Assembly (NCBI GenBank): GCA_041742355.1
Contig: JBGSIV010000119.1
Span: 1-24,057 of the forward strand
From: Candidatus Zixiibacteriota bacterium
GTDB lineage: Bacteria; Zixibacteria; MSB-5A5; GN15; FEB-12
DNA length: 24,057 nucleotides
Direction: 5' to 3'
The position numbers were made by a program, and so were the translations under genes. How positions within the stretch are numbered: position 1 is the stretch's first letter; each line of letters begins with the position of its first letter. Shown here one piece after another: positions 23,394-24,057 of the stretch. Below the pieces are notes generated by a model, which saw only the letters and a list, made by a program, of their open reading frames with translations, had not been told where the DNA came from and did no database searches.

Positions 23394-24057
23394 ATGACTG
23401 AGAATGCATTCATCATCTGTTTACTGCCGCTCCTGTCGTTTGTGCTGATTGTCTTCTTCCTCCGGTGGAATGAGAAGCTGGCCTCGCGGTTTTCCATCGC
23501 GATGATTCTCACCTCGCTGGTGCTGTCGTTCTGGGTGCTGTTCGAAACAATCGGGCGGCACGGCGAAGCTTACGAGGCCTACTACCAGTTCCTCGATTTC
23601 CCCAACTTTCACCTGCAGCTCGGGATACTGGTCGACGCCCTGACGGCGGTGATGCTGGTCGTGGTGACCCTTGTCGGCTCATGCGTGCAGATCTACTCGC
23701 TCGGGTACATGCACAACGACCCGCGGTTCAGCCGGTTCTACGCCTACCTCTCGCTCTTCCTCTTCTCGATGCTCGGTCTGGTCCTGGCCAACAACTTCTT
23801 CATGATCTTTATCTTCTGGGAGCTGGTCGGCCTGACCTCGTACCTGTTGATCGGGTTCTGGTTCGAGAAGAAGTCAGCGGCGGATGCCTGCAAGAAGGCG
23901 TTTCTGACCACCCGCACCGGCGACCTCGGGTTTCTTGTCGGGCTGCTCACAATCGGCATTTTCTTCGGCACGTTCAATTTCAAGGAAGTTTTCGAAATCG
24001 CCGGCTCGGGCGCGATCCCGGCCGGGATTCTGACCCTGGCGGCGGTCGGTGTGTTCT
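23394..24057 (+). CDS. nuoL: NADH-quinone oxidoreductase subunit L (5' part; runs off the window end)
   Basis: Manual translation from ATG 23394: MTENAFIICLLPLLSF...VDALTAVMLVVVT...IYSLGYMHNDPRFSRFYAYLSLFLFSMLGLVLANN...WELVGLTSYLLIGFWF...KKAFLTTRTGDLGF. Not in the ORF track because it is truncated. Confidence 0.96.
   Translation, partial: MTENAFIICLLPLLSFVLIVFFLRWNEKLASRFSIAMILTSLVLSFWVLFETIGRHGEAYEAYYQFLDFPNFHLQLGILVDALTAVMLVVVTLVGSCVQIYSLGYMHNDPRFSRFYAYLSLFLFSMLGLVLANNFFMIFIFWELVGLTSYLLIGFWFEKKSAADACKKAFLTTRTGDLGFLVGLLTIGIFFGTFNFKEVFEIAGSGAIPAGILTLAAVGVF

Noticed and set aside
1..24057. CRISPR arrays, tRNA/rRNA genes, IS elements, integrases, prophage genes
   Set aside because: I saw no spaced direct-repeat array, cloverleaf, or transposase, recombinase or phage-like ORF. 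All intergenic gaps are under about 360 bp.

Overview
This is a GC-rich bacterial chromosomal window. A C-terminal dockerin-like pair ending in LVHYLFRNGSPP..C suggests a Zixibacteria-like lineage, which is an inference. In order, it holds: the 5' part of a CPA2 cation:proton antiporter (- strand, missing from the ORF track); a stand-alone motA-motB stator pair; mfd; four exported proteins (an acidic lipoprotein, a 733-aa Gly/Asp-repeat protein, a TolB/PD40-like lipoprotein and a YCF48/BNR-repeat lipoprotein); a regulatory cluster (69-aa small protein, 206-aa hypothetical, HD-GYP phosphodiesterase, small membrane protein); a GYD-domain protein; a secreted propeller-plus-dockerin protein; ridA; and the start of a complex I-like operon nuoA-B-C-D-H-I-J-K-L with no nuoEFG between D and H. 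The most interesting signals are four. (1) The HD-GYP enzyme carries RxxQ instead of Rxx(R/K), making it a candidate 3',3'-cGAMP-preferring phosphodiesterase. (2) Sigma28-like promoters recur in front of the HD-GYP gene, the unannotated small protein, motAB and possibly the dockerin gene. (3) A sigma54-like promoter with candidate enhancer sites drives the unknown 206-aa protein. (4) A Rex/CRP-type operator precedes the 'headless' complex I. I saw no RNA genes, CRISPR arrays or mobile elements. All calls are by eye, with no database searches.
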